From Podarcis liolepis (taxonomy: Eukaryota), in the NCBI GenBank assembly GCA_965112155.1, contig OZ218107.1: 64,000 nt of DNA, one strand, 5' to 3'. Made by a program: the position numbers and the translations under genes. The first letter of the stretch is position 1. Every line of letters begins with the position of its first letter. Below are positions 1 to 12,812 of this stretch, piece by piece. Under the pieces are notes generated by a model. The model had not been told where the DNA came from. It did not search any database and saw nothing but the letters and a program-made list of their open reading frames with translations.

Positions 1-549
1 CCAGTGTGGAATCAATACTTTAGTAATCCTCCATTGCTCTGTGTGTCCCCCCCCAAAAAAACCCTGAACTGTGTACAGACTATAGAAATTGTGTTTGCAT
101 AGTTTACCACAGTGTTTAGTCCTGCAGCTCCTTCCTTCCTTTCCACCTTCCATATTACCGATGTGTATACACACATTGATGAACACTGCTAAAAAGAGTC
201 TTTCTATGATTGTGAATATTTAGCAATGTGTGGTCACAATTGTGGACATTGATAAACCACCCACAAAAAAAATATGCAGGACCATATTAAGGTTGATGGA
301 AACCTGTAGCACAAGGTACATGTGGACTTGGATAAAAGAGAGCCAAACTTATGTGTCAGCAAAGATCACTCACTGGCTTCCTGTTGCAAGTAATGACTGG
401 TATGCTGTAATCATGTGCCCATATGTCTGAGGAATAGAGCCAGGAATTGAATGAAGAGGGCTCGAGCCTTATGCAGAGCTCATCCTCCCCTAAGCATACA
501 GTTCTGTCAGGAGTGGGGCAGGGGTTAGGTTTTGTCCTAGTATTGAAAC

Positions 550-680
550 CAGGATAGCTGACCTATTGCCATCCAGATGTTGGATGTCAACTCCTATCAC
601 CCCCAGCCAACATGGCTGATGGTCAGGGATGAGGACATTGTAGTCTAGCATTATGTGGGAGGCCTAAGTTCCTTGACCCA
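550..680. mobile_element. Decayed short hAT-type (URR1-like) MITE
   Basis: Resembles the better-preserved copy at 55657-55782 (ccagatgtt...caactcc.atca.ccc.agcc...ggtcagggatga..tgtagtc). Confidence 0.6.
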
Positions 681-946
681 ATTTATAGCATAAAATATGC
701 TCTGTAGTAAACCTCAGTCAAATAGTTCTATGTAGTTTCAGGGACTACATGTAGTTTCATGTAGTTTAAAGGGAGTCTTTCACTTGCTGCAAATTCTTCA
801 TTCATGCAGACAATTGGCTGGGGGCCCACATACAACTGGAGCTGTACCATTGGTTAGCACAAAAGCCTGCTTGGTAAAAGAGCTCCACACATAGCTCAGA
901 CACTGCACAAAAGTCTGGATAGTATGGCTTGTCTAAAATACTATTT

Positions 947-1307
947 AAAGGTAAAGGGACCCCTGACCATTAGGTCTAGTCACAGACAACTCTGGAGTTG
1001 CAGTGCTCATCTCGCTTTAGAGGCCAAGGGACCCAGCGTTTGTCCGCAGACAGCTTCTGGGTCATATAGCCAGCATGACTAAGCCACTTCTGGGGAACCA
1101 GAGCAGTGCACGGAAACGCCGTTTACCTTCCCGCTGGAGTGGTACCTATTTATCTACTTGCACTTTGACATGCTTTCAAACTGCTAGGTTGGCAGGAGCA
1201 GGGACCGAGCAATGGGAGCTCACCCTGTTGCGGGGATTTGAACTGCCAACCTTCTGATCGGCAAGTCCTAGGCTCTGTGGTTTAACCCACAGCACCACCT
1301 GTGTCCC
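947..1307 (-). mobile_element. Sauria SINE (Squam1), full length
   Basis: aaaggtaaagggacccctgaccattagg...ctgctaggttggcaggagc...gtgtccc; tRNA-like head at the right end; TSD ctaaaatactatttaaaggt at 933-952 and 1307-1326. Confidence 0.93.
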
Positions 1308-2081
1308 TAAAATACTATTTAAAGGTTTGCAATATATTAAAAATATGTAGGTTTATGAAATATGCTTTTTGTACACAAGTCTCCAACTCTCATAAAGCTC
1401 CAGTGTAAAAACAACAACACTGTAATGGCTTCTTGATAGTGATGAATTGTGCAGAAATGCTAAGAAGGGCACTGAAACATCTTCAGTATTCCTATTGTAC
1501 AGGCTTTCTATTTGAATACTGGATGAATTTATTGATTGTAAGCAAATAAATAAGCTTCTTTTATGTTAATATTTAATTATGTTAGTGCTTGAAAACCAGC
1601 AACCCGGGGGGAGGGTAAGATAATTCCATAGAAGATGCAAATGTGCCCTTAGATATGTTTGCAGTATTCTGAATTGCTCGATAGATAAAGAGCATTTAAG
1701 GGATGACGTTCAAAAAAAATCCTTGATATTCAAATGCTGCATACAGAAAGCTACAGACAACAAATCGTATGCAGAGATTAGATTGAGTCCAAGCTGCAGC
1801 TGAACTTTTTACATGAAAATGTGCTTTCAGAATGATACAGGAAACCAGGAAAGAAAAGGAGAGCAGCAATTTGCATCTTCCACTAAGGGATTCACGGTCT
1901 TTGTAGCACAGAGTTCAGTGGCTTTGCTACAAGCCATTTCCATTTTGGTATCTTTGGGCAGACTATGCCAGTGCATATGCTGTGTGTAATAAGGCTGTGA
2001 GATATAAGTAAAAACTTGCTTTTTAGATTTATCATACATTGATGTTTTCCAAAAAAACATATAACAAAAAAGGCAGAATTC

Positions 2082-2133
<52 letters not shown>
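2082..2133. repeat. (AAT)n microsatellite
   Basis: Direct inspection. Confidence 0.97.
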
Positions 2134-2136
<3 letters not shown>

Positions 2137-3583
2137 TAGTACACCTAATGTAATTTGAAATCTTAGGGCACTTAACTATTGCTATTTTTCAGGTGCTTAA
2201 CTATTGCTGTTTTGCAGGTGTGGTTCAGTCATATACTGCACAATTAAAGTGGATTTGTTTATTTTGAGCAACAGCTCTACTTCCCAAAAAAAAGAGGGGG
2301 GGGGGAACACACATACTCTTGCAGTAAGGAAGGTGATAGGGAAATGCAATGGACTGTTCTGAATTATAAACCCGCACTCACGGTTATTCCCTTTAATGCC
2401 TGGTGTTATAGCACCTAGTGCTGAGGAGCTTTATAAATACAATAACCATCCACAGGTAATATTCTTTGCCAGAATTGCTTCAGCGAAGAGTCATTCTACA
2501 ACCCTGAAGTAGTGAGGGATTAGTAAATTCCTGTTGGCTGCCCTCTTACCTATTAAAACACTCCCAACTCTCAAAACAAAGCAACCAGCCAGCTGTTTTG
2601 CTTGTGGTAGGATGGAGGTTCCTGCTTAGCCAAAAACTTCCCAGGAATTTCAATAGAAATTAAAATAATGTTGATTAAACAAACAACATTTCTCAGCAGG
2701 CCTTCCCATTTCTCTAGGTTGCCATAGAGTTATGTCTACTGTGAGATATGAGGTGAATAGCGATGGCTGCATAAGCAAACTATTTTAGGAATTTCAAAGG
2801 AAACTAAGGGTGTTTTGATAAAACAAATAGCACCGCTCAGGGACATTCACACATCCCTAAGGGTAGTGTCAAGCCCTACCCAGAGTCTGGTTTAAGTCCT
2901 TATTTATTTTTTATTTATAAAATTTCTAGGTGATAGACTTATAAATAATTCTCTCTCTTTTTTGAAGCACATAGATGTGAAGAATGCAGCAGACCCTTCC
3001 AAAAAGGGAAAAACAAAGAACAGAAACATATCCTTTAATTATCTGTTTACCACAGACACCGGGCAACGCAGCCTTTCCACAATGCAACTATCCCTCCATG
3101 CTCTCAGTGTCTGAATATTGCAACCTAGTCAGATTAAAAATGCTGCTATAGAGGCATAATGTTGCACATAACTTGCTTCCAAGTTGTGAAGGCCTCATCC
3201 TGCCACACTCAGGACCACTTTACCTGAAAGCCCACATGTAAGCTCACTTACATCACCTGGGGTCTACTTGTGCCATCGCTCCCTGCAGAATATCATAGAG
3301 CAGTGACCTGAAAAGGAGAATTTTCTGCTGTTAGTCTCTATGCTGCAGAATGCCCTTCCCTCTGTGAAGCCTTCAGTTGCTTCAGATATCTTGAAAAGAC
3401 TTGAATTGTTGTCCAGGCTTTCCCTGACCCATAAGGTTGAGCCCTGTTTTATGCGTTTGAATCTCCTCATTCCATTTGATCTGATTTTATACTGCTGCTT
3501 TATTGGCATTAGGCTGCATTTGTAATGATATTGTTTATAAAAGATATTGTACACAAAAATATTTTGCCTTGATAAATGCTTTC

Positions 3584-4122
3584 TGTAGCGTTTGCCCTCC
3601 TAGGTGTATGACATCATACTGGGTTCATAAGGAAAGGGTTAACTTATTGTATAATGACTAACCAATGGGAACCCCGGGGGCAGAGTTAACAGCATATAAG
3701 GTTTAAGCACAGGGGTTTTGGGAGGAGTTAGAGTTAGAGTTAGGGTGGTTGAGAAGACAGTCTGGAGTTAGAAGAGACAGAGAAGATAAGACTGTGGGTT
3801 GGGCTAGTCTGATGTGAAAGAGTGAGAGAATTTGTTAAGAGGAGTCAGTCAAACAGTTGAGATAATCAGTCAGAAGGTATTAGGAAGGTATAGGCCGGCA
3901 AAGAAACTAAAGTTAAGATACTGACAGGAATATTATCTGAGAAATCATAAACTTGTTAATATTTATAAAATAAACTTGTTTATTTGGTTCACTTTTAACA
4001 ACTGTCTGGACTCAGTGTTTTACCTGAGGGTAACGGGTTGGTGGCAGCGGGGAAGCGAGCACAGTGGTGGCACAGGGATCAATAGACCCTTAAACGTCCG
4101 GGGACCCTGTGCGATCGCCACA
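3584..4122 (+). mobile_element. Solo LTR (Gypsy/ERV-type), 539 bp
   Basis: Termini TGTAGCG...CGCCACA; 5-bp TSD ctttc (3579-3583 and 4123-4127); CCAAT ~3662, TATA-like catataag ~3693, AATAAA ~3969. Confidence 0.85.
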
Positions 4123-4249
4123 CTTTCAAATAAATAACACCTACAATCGGATACCTGTAAGGTGGGTCTCTGGATCATGACCTCACAAACCCCACTGTAT
4201 GAGGGCACCTACTACATTATCTTGCCATGTAGGAAGCCCATTACAGACA

Positions 4250-4395
4250 ATGCAATGCTGCCTTATCAGACAGTTGGTCTGTTTAGCTCAGTGTTGTCCA
4301 CAGCGATGGTCTCAGCCTTATCTGGAGATGCTGAGGATTGAACTTGTGACTTCCTGCATGCAAAGCGATGCTCTGCTACTAAGCTTCCCAACTGC
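4250..4395 (-). mobile_element. Old tRNA-derived SINE with CR1-like tail (family not securely named)
   Basis: gctgccttatcagac..ttggtct.tttagctcagt...ggattgaac...tgcatgcaaagc.atgctctgctactaagct; related to copies at 27.6, 53.3 and 55.8 kb. Confidence 0.6.
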
Positions 4396-4929
4396 AGCAG
4401 AGGGCCTGTACCACATTTAGAAGGTTTCTAACAGCACCTCTACCTTGTTATAATATCTGAGTCAAGACTCTGTGCTCAAAAACATTAGGCTGTTCACTAA
4501 TCCGCTCTGTAATAGAACAGTCCCAGCTATGCTTCTATTCATCCGGGAAGAAACTGCTAGCCTTGTCAGAATTCTTAAGGAGACTTCCTTCCCCTTCTCC
4601 CACGGCAACACAGGAATCCCTGATGACTGCAAATCACAAGATTGTCCCAACTGTTATATCCCACAGGCCCAGAATTCATCCTAGTAATCAGACAGTGGAC
4701 TCAATTTAGGTGTTTCCCTTTACCACGTGGGATGCACACTGATGTTCTTCATGTGGCTGTAGGCTCCAGCATGAGCCTGTAAAGGAATATGACGCTCATC
4801 TGACCTTGACAATCATAGTCAACAAACAAACATTGGAAGGAGATGGAGTTGCTGAGAAATCCTTGTTCCTTGTGATTTGTTCATTACCTCTCTGCATCCT
4901 GAGGCATTGCCCTTCTGCTTGCAAACCAT

Positions 4930-5330
4930 TCACCACATGAAAGACCATTAGTGGTGGAAGAGCCTCATTGTGGTGATATTAGCTGAAGGTTTCTCTGACC
5001 AGATGAGTGGTGTTTAGTCTGTTCTAGATAGAGTCACACTCCCTCAGAAGGAGCAGATCCATAGGTTGTGGATTCTCCAGGATCTTGCACTGTTACTAGA
5101 GGCACAGGTGGTCTCTGTAGTGCAGTGGCCTTTTACTAGCTGCCCCTTTATCAAAACAGGGGTAACTTGACTTATCTATGCTCTGGTAAATCCTAGGTTA
5201 GATTACTGCAATGCGCTATGTGTGGAGCTGCCTTCAAAAACAGCTCCAAAATTGCAGCTGGTGCAAGAAGTACAACAGATTACATTGCCTGGCTGCAATA
5301 CCACTAACCAGCTGCATTCTAACACCTCAA
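4930..5330 (+). mobile_element. Degenerate L2 LINE ORF2 fragment
   Basis: ttagattactgcaatgcgctatgtgtggagctgcc..aaattgcagctggtgcaa matches LDYCNALY.GLP..KLQLVQ, homologous to the 49.3-kb L2. Confidence 0.7.
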
Positions 5331-5740
5331 GATTATAAGAAATGGTAAAATCAGAGTCTGATTGTGTCCTCTTCACTCTCCATTCCTTTTTCTTTCTGTG
5401 TCTTCTTAGATTGGAAGCCAAAGGGCAGGCAGGGACTGTGTAAGGCCAATGGAAAAGTGAATATTTAATTCCATAGCTCATCCTAACACCTTATATGGCG
5501 CTTCTGCTTCCTCTGACCATTTGGCCATCACACGCAAGTCTTGTTCCTTGACAGGTTTATAATCGGCTTTCATAATCAGAAAAGGATGTTCCTTTATAAG
5601 GAAGAGTGATGAAAGAAGATATCTGCCAAGTAACAAATAATTATAAGTCAATATGGCATATTCATACCTGATCAGGGTGCCATCCCTAGAGGCCTACTTC
5701 AGCACACATCAAAAACATGCATCCTGAGACATCTTATCCA

Positions 5741-5789
<49 letters not shown>
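5741..5789. repeat. Compound (TG)n(AG)n microsatellite
   Basis: Direct inspection. Confidence 0.97.
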
Positions 5790-5792
<3 letters not shown>

Positions 5793-7493
5793 TTCCGCTA
5801 CTTTCCTGCAATTTGTCTAGCTTGTTAGTATGCCTCTGAAAACCAGTGGCTGGGAATTACAAGTGGGGTAAGTGCTGTTGTGTTCAGATTCTGCTTGCGG
5901 GTTTCCCCTGGGCATCTGCTTTGCAACAGGGAAAACAGGATCCTGATTGAGATGGGCTATTGGACTCACACAGCAGGGTTCTTCTTACGTTCTTTAAAAA
6001 AGAATGAAAAAGAAGAACCCATACTTTTTTAAAAAACAAACAAAAAACCAAACCCATTCTCCTCACAGAATGGGAAGATATGACATCCTCCCTTCACCCA
6101 GCAGTTGAAAACAAATGAAAGGAGCAGGCATTCCTTCCTCCACAGGACATAGTGAGGATCGCTCGTCTCCTACTGTTCTAGAGAATTACATTCTATTTAC
6201 GACTATATATGAATACTCACACAACTCACAGAATGACAGGCGTGAGGAAGCAGAAACATTAATGACATGCTTCCATACTGGGAGGCATGATATCTAAGTG
6301 TGCTTGAATCAGGTTCTGCACATTTTACAGACTGAGCTGCAGGATCATGGATGGGAGGGTGTTTGTGAGGGTTAGTATTAAGTAGTGAGGAAAGGAATAT
6401 TTCAGAACATCACTGAATTCCTTCCTCAACTTTAGGGAATTAAAAACACAAGGGAGAGGGAGAGAGCAAGCAGGTTTTCAAAATTATATTCATCTATATT
6501 TGAGGTGATGGATGAGAAATGACAGCCTTGTTGAATATGAGTTTGTCACCTAAACTCTCTTTTCAGAAGTGTGTTGTGCGAGTGATGTGAAACACACTCA
6601 TTATAAAGAATTAGTAGATGCTTCCTCCAGTTTTGGGAGGAATCTTTCACACTGACAAGAGAAAAAAAATCTTCAATTAAAATTGATAGGTTTTTTTGCT
6701 CGCTCCCTCTTTCTCACAAACACATATTATCCACCTAGATTTCTGAACAGTGAAACTATCTGCAGTTTGGAAGGAAAGATGGCTGCATCACGTGTATCAA
6801 ATAATTCCCTAAATATTAAATGCTAACTGAAAATTACCCGCAAGGTTTTCTTCCTGTGCTTCATTGCTTTTAATGGAAAGCCTTGCCTGTTGGGGAATCT
6901 AACCATATGGTGTGTAATACATTCATATATTTGTGGAAGTCTTTTTTTCTTCTTCTTTTCAAAACCACATTAAATTATTATGCATGGTTACATTAACACA
7001 GTAGTGGCCCACCGCATGGGTTGTGTAAAACACATAAAAACCAAAAGCATCTTTTTAGTTAAATGAAGAGCTACGCTTATTAGAGGGCTCTTGCAAAACT
7101 GGGCCTTGGGTTTCTGCAAGGGCTTCACATTGGGCAAGATGCCAGTAGGTTCCCTGCACTCCAGCCCCTGAGTTTCTCATGGGCTCTTGTTCAGAGAGAC
7201 TTAGAATCTTCTCTCATTGGATGCCTCTTTGAAATGCAAAACTGAAAAATGCAATAAGTGTATGGGACTTAGGGAATGAGAGAAGTCATTTGGGACTCAG
7301 GGAAAGAGAGAGCACTTATTTCCAAAAAATAAGGGTTGTTAGTAGGAATGAGCGCTGGGATTTAACAAAAGTCATATTTAAAGGTGACTCTGAATTCACA
7401 CTATCTAAAACAACATGTGAACATGGGCCACAAGAACGTCCAGACTGCCACAGCTACAGGCACAGATTTCCCCACAAATAAAAAAAAAAATAT

Positions 7494-8083
7494 TGTTTTA
7501 AGTTGGGGGCCCACCCCTAAACCCTAGAAATTAATAAATGGTAGGATTTTAATTATTTGGAGTATTGAAGGGAAGATTGCAGGCCAGTGGAATAATAAGG
7601 GCTATGCTTTCTTTCTAAGCCAGTGCCTTACCTGGGATAGAGGTGTTAACATGACAAAAGGTGTTGATGACCCATCTAAGAGGAATCCTTGGGCTGAGCA
7701 GACAGAGGTCACCAAGGTGATGGTGTGTGAGAGAGAGGTGATAGGAAAAGAGAGTCTTTAGCAAGGTGTGCTGGGAAGGAGATAGGGAAGAACAAAGACA
7801 GAGCTCCATCTTGGGCCGACTTGTTGAAGGCAGGCTGGGAGAGACACCTTGGGACTCTAGTACTGTACTGCTGTGGGGAACAAGCTTCTCTTGAGATGGC
7901 CATGTTGTAAAATCTGGACTTCCTCTATCTACTAGATTCAGGTGTAAATATATGAATAACGCATCTTTCTCAAAGCAATGACAGACTCCGCTGTGTCTTC
8001 AATTCTCCAAAGGACCCTGGAAGAGGACCAAGACCCCTGGAATCCTATGCATGGCTCGGCAGAGATTGGGGTGGCCAGTAACA
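7494..8083 (+). mobile_element. Solo LTR (Gypsy-like), ~590 bp
   Basis: Termini TGTT...AACA with 4-bp TSD ATAT (7490-7493 and 8084-8087); purine-rich LTR-like interior; orientation tentative. Confidence 0.6.
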
Positions 8084-9009
8084 ATATGTTTGCTGGGAGA
8101 AGGTGGTCTGATTCCTCAACTGAGATGAATGGGACAGCCATTGAAGATGTGAGGTTTCTGTATATACCTCAGAGCTCACTTGGTCAAAAGTAGTATGTGG
8201 CCAGATAATCATGACCCCCATGATAGAAGTGAGACTTAAACCCAGATCACCCAGATCCAAATTCAGTTCTCTCTCACTGGACATTGGATCTCAGAAATGC
8301 AATTGAATATGCAATGTTTTGTCATGCAGATCACTAATATCCTTATTTTATAATGAGATTCCATCATTACTTTTAAATACATAAGGGTTTCTTATTAATT
8401 TACCTCTCTGGAATACTGCACAAGCAAATAAAAAAAAATATGAGACTCTATATTTAATTTTTGGCAGTAGAGTGAGAGAAACGTAATGGCAGGAGCTTAT
8501 GGGACTTAAATGAAATTGTGACAGCGACAAGGTTTTAAACTTGTGTTTCAAACTTGTGTGGCGGCATTAAATGTTAATGTGATAATGAGGCAATTTAGTG
8601 TCCCAAAGTAAAAATTAGGTCCAAATGCTAAGGGTCGTATGCTTTTTGTGCAATGTGCAGTGAATTGCAAATTGCATTTGAGGTGTTGGCAGAAGGCCTC
8701 CTGCCCTAGATATCTGAAGCGATTTTAATCTCCTCCTGCTTCCAGGCAGATTCTGAGATCTGCATGACCCCTGTTGTTATGATGGCTTTGTGTGCTCCCG
8801 TGGGGCTGTCAATTGGCCAGTGCCAGGCACGCTGAATGAATGAATAATTCTGACAGCTTCAGATCCTTGCAGGAATGCAAGCTGTTGGGGAAAGCAGCTT
8901 TATGTTTTGGATGTTTGCTACTGAGTCAGCCTTTGGAGGGGTGGAATCAGTATTGGAATTCTCAGGATAAATCACATGTGATTGTTTTACACGTTTTGTT
9001 TTTTACCCC

Positions 9010-9790
9010 ACACAATAAAGACTTGACAAATCAAGCATTTGCTAAAAGGCTGTTTTTATTAGCATAACAAAGAAGAAATTGTGTCAATCAAACTAAATAA
9101 GGTATAATCTGCACAAGTGGGTAGGAAATCTGCCCGCCTGCTTCTGGGAGCCAAACCACCCTAGATGAACTTCACCACCCATGGAGGTATGATGCTAGAA
9201 ATAGCACCTCCCCCAAAATGGCAGTCATGGGTGTGCCACCTGATATGTGCTAGCCACCCCCACTGCTTAACAGATGGCACACACAGATCCTGAGAGCGCT
9301 AAACCAAGTTGCCCCCCCCCCCAAAGCCGGTCGACAATAGGAGGAAATTTGGGGATGGGATTCAAGATTATAGGGGTTTCAAAAATACGTTCATGGCTTC
9401 TCATCCATCCAAACCTGGATGTTTTCAGCAAAACTTCCATTCCAGAAGCAAAACCTGATGGTGATGGACAGCACCCTAAGGCACTGTGGCTGAAGGGCCA
9501 TGTTAAAATACATGTACCTGCCCACGCTACATGGTACCAGTCAGGTTAAATCCAACCCACCAAAAACCAATTGAATTAAACGTAGGGCAGAGTAGGTGAA
9601 CAAGGGCAATCAGAGAGATCCCCCCCAATCCTACTAAGACCCATATGGTGACTAGCAAAAGGCTACACTGCTCAAATTGTGGGAGGGTGTCCTTGAGGGA
9701 AGGGCTTACCTCATGTAGAAAGCTACATGAGGACTCCCTCCCTTTGAGGATGAGGGCTTTGGGCCCCTCCCTCCTCCAGGCTAGGAATGA
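9010..9790 (-). mobile_element. GC-richer LTR-like (possibly Ngaro/DIRS-type) repeat
   Basis: Composition shift; AATAAA on the minus strand at ~9055; architecture resembles the 47.1-47.8 kb element; boundaries approximate. Confidence 0.35.
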
Positions 9791-11069
9791 GACCATACAG
9801 CTTTGTTTGGTCTTCCTGGTCTTCCTTCACAGTGTGTGTTTGCATTTCCTGGGCACACAATCTGAAGTATATTTTCACAGAAGTGAACTCTACCAGATTC
9901 AGCAGTGCTTACCCCAAGTTGCTCTGCACTGGCTTTGAGTTTCAGAGCATTGAGCAATATATAACAATGCGACATAAATATGGCATTTTCATATGCAGCA
10001 AATACAATCCATGTTTCAATCAAGCACTTCAAAACCTCTGTAATAACTACGGCTGTTCAGCAATTGTCATTTAAACTTACTTTCTGTTACAAAAAAGAAA
10101 TAGTGGGAGGATACATTTTCCCCATGGCATTCATCTTGAGGAAACTGCGTCATGTCCTTTGAACTGTCAGGCTGCTGGGCTAAACAAATTGGGTGTAGTT
10201 TTTCTTTTCATACTAGCCAAACCCCATGAAGGAAAGAACACAACAGTATGAAAATTGCTCCTAGGAAATTTAAGAGAAGGCTGCTTTTACTTCATGGCAT
10301 GGGGCCTGCCTCTTGATGAATACAAAAGCATGCCACACAATGGCTTCTTGACTGAAGTATGTCACAATTCAGGAGGAAAACCATGCCACCAGCAAACAAC
10401 TGTCATCCAGCATGCATTTCACTCAATTCCATTATCAGAAAAAGTTATATAACCTGCTCTTCAAAATGCTGGGAGTTTGAAGCATATTTTTATGTTGCAG
10501 ATGTGGTATTGGTGGTATTACTGGGTTAACTATGTACTATTCAAAAACATGAGAGCTTCTAGTGAAAAAGGAAACAGTATTCTACCCCAGTATTCTATAG
10601 GGCACTAGTCACAATAAAATAAATGGGACTTGTGACCAACTTGCAAGTAAACATGCATAAATCTCACCGGAAAACACATGGATTTCAATGAGATTTATTC
10701 AGACCTATCTACTCCAGATTGGGTTGTTTGCCCATCAATACAATAAAGAACAGAACAAAGCATTACTCAAAATGGAGTTAGAATTTCTACCTCTTTCGCC
10801 ACAACTTTTTGGTCCCACCACTTGACTGGGAAATCAACTGTATATAAGCTTGCAGGGCTTCACTGCCTTATCTCGTACTGTGAAGTATTGTCCAGAATGT
10901 ATTTCCATCCTATTAGAAACAGTGGGTTTTTATTTGAACATGCTCTATAGTTTTGTACCATAGCCAGGACTTTGGTTGTCAGAATATAAATGATAAAAAA
11001 TAGGACTCATCACAAATAGTGAGATTTTATGTATTTCATGGCCTTTTGACTTAGTTATTGCTTTTATCT

Positions 11070-11070
<1 letters not shown>

Positions 11071-11108
<38 letters not shown>
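11071..11108. repeat. (AC)n microsatellite
   Basis: Direct inspection. Confidence 0.97.
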
Positions 11109-11109
<1 letters not shown>

Positions 11110-11170
11110 GTATATATGGAAAGCAAGAATAACACCCCATGCCTCTGGTTCTAGTTCATGAAAGGTTATG

Positions 11171-11252
11171 TCACAATCCTCTGCTCTCTTACCTGAGAGT
11201 AAGCCCCACTGAACTCAAAGGGACTTCTGAGTAAGCATGAACAGGCACTCGC
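11171..11252. mobile_element. Short palindromic MITE-like repeat (~90-bp family; further copies ~13575, 26480, 28638, 39048, 56951)
   Basis: caatcct...cttacctgagagtaagcccca.tgaactcaa.gggacttctgagtaa.catg, imperfectly self-complementary. Confidence 0.65.
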
Positions 11253-11274
11253 TCTAAATCTATTAGCCTTCAAA

Positions 11275-11328
11275 TTGCACAAGAATCTTCCTCATTCTTA
11301 CTGCAACAGACACAGCTACCCCTCTGGA
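11275..11328 (+). mobile_element. Old Penelope-like terminal remnant
   Basis: cagacacagctacccctctgga resembles cagaccaacacggctacctatctgta at 45282-45307. Confidence 0.4.
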
Positions 11329-11743
11329 TTCTTCAGATTCTGTTATTGTGCTCCCTGTGCAAGATTCAGGGACCAGGGCTATATTGTATCAGACGTTCAA
11401 ATTTTATTTATTTACTTACGAATGAATGAATGAAAAGGCATAATGATGCCGCTATGCTGGCAGTAGAACTCAGCATTATTCCATGAGGACAGGAAGGATA
11501 TAGAAGAAAGAATAGAAGGATGACAAAACAATAACTGGGAAAGTGTATCAAATGACATTTAAAATAAAAACATCCACTAAGTGATTATTCCATATTATTT
11601 AAGCATACTTCTATAATATGAATGTCATGATGTTCCTTTGTGTCCCTATATAGACCACAGTTGACAAGTCCTTTCCTGTGAAAATCATGTAAACTAAATA
11701 AATGTTACAATATCATGCCCTGAAGTTCTTTCATTTCATTTTT

Positions 11744-11745
<2 letters not shown>

Positions 11746-11783
<38 letters not shown>
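11746..11783. repeat. (TG)n microsatellite
   Basis: Direct inspection. Confidence 0.97.
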
Positions 11784-11785
<2 letters not shown>

Positions 11786-11999
11786 AAATTCAGGTATATA
11801 TAAGCTATTACTGTTGGGTTTCTCCTTGAAATGTGGAAAGAATAGTAACGTTGAAAGAAAAATACTTTAAAAGAATGTGTCTTGACAAACAACTGAAGTA
11901 TTCTGTTATTTTTATCTGACACGCACAAAGCACACTTCATCATGAACCAGACAACCAAACAAATTTGGTACCAGTCTTGCTTGTCTTTAAAAATTCCAG

Positions 12000-12087
12000 G
12001 TGACAGATGTTGCGGATTTTCTCTCTCTCGAAGTATGTGAGCTTCGGCATAAGAACAAAAGACCCTGTCATTGGTCTAAAATGGCAA
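12000..12087 (+). other. Candidate spliced exon (88 nt) of an unidentified transcript
   Basis: Acceptor cttgtctttaaaaattccag|G and donor GCAA|gtgagt; non-repetitive, retains CpGs; open in frame 0. Confidence 0.3.
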
Positions 12088-12423
12088 GTGAGTTGACTCT
12101 GGCACCACGGTTTACTAGGATCACTGTGCACAAAGAAATTCATCAAATTGCTTTCCAATTTAAGTTCACCATCCTATTGATTTCCGTGTTCGATATCATA
12201 ACTCACCAAAATATATGAACTGAATTCCAAATACAGGAAGAGAAAGATTCTGAGATTCTTTAAGGTGCCATCAATCTCTATTTTGTACTTGCATGTTGGA
12301 GTAATAGTAAGAATAGTAGTAGTAAACAGCACCACAGACTGTGCCTGCAGACAGTCACAATTTTGCAGGAGGGATACAGGTGTATACTGGAATGTTAGCT
12401 TTATTCAGTTAAAGTGGATTATA

Positions 12424-12812
12424 GGTAATAAGGTAAAGGGAAAAAGTAAAGGACCACTGGACGGATAAGTCCAGTCAAAGGCGACTATGGGGTTGTGGCA
12501 CTCATCTCGCTTTCAGGCCAAGGGAGCTGGTGTTTTTCCACAGACAGCTTTCCGGGTCATGTCACCAGCATGACTAAACTGCTTCTGGCACAATGGAACA
12601 CCATGACGGAAACAAGAGTGCACTGAAACATCTTCCTGCCACAGCAGTACCTATTTATCTACTTGCACTGGCATGCTTTCGAACTGCTAGGTTGGCAGGA
12701 GCTGGGACAGAGCAATGGGAGCTCACCCTGTGGCAGGGATCCGAACTGCCAACCTTCCAATCAGCAAGCCCAAGAGGCTCAGTGGTTTAGACCACAGCAC
12801 CACCTGTGTCCC
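12424..12812 (-). mobile_element. Sauria SINE, second subfamily
   Basis: Tail ggtaaagg..., ggacggataagtccagtcaaaggcgactatgggg..., tRNA-like head; degenerate TSD aa.tggattatagg (~12412 and ~12821). Confidence 0.92.

Noticed and set aside
2168-2220. Short tandem duplications (25 bp here; 23 bp at 16580-16627)
   Set aside because: Ordinary local slippage duplications with two units and no spacers; not CRISPR-like.
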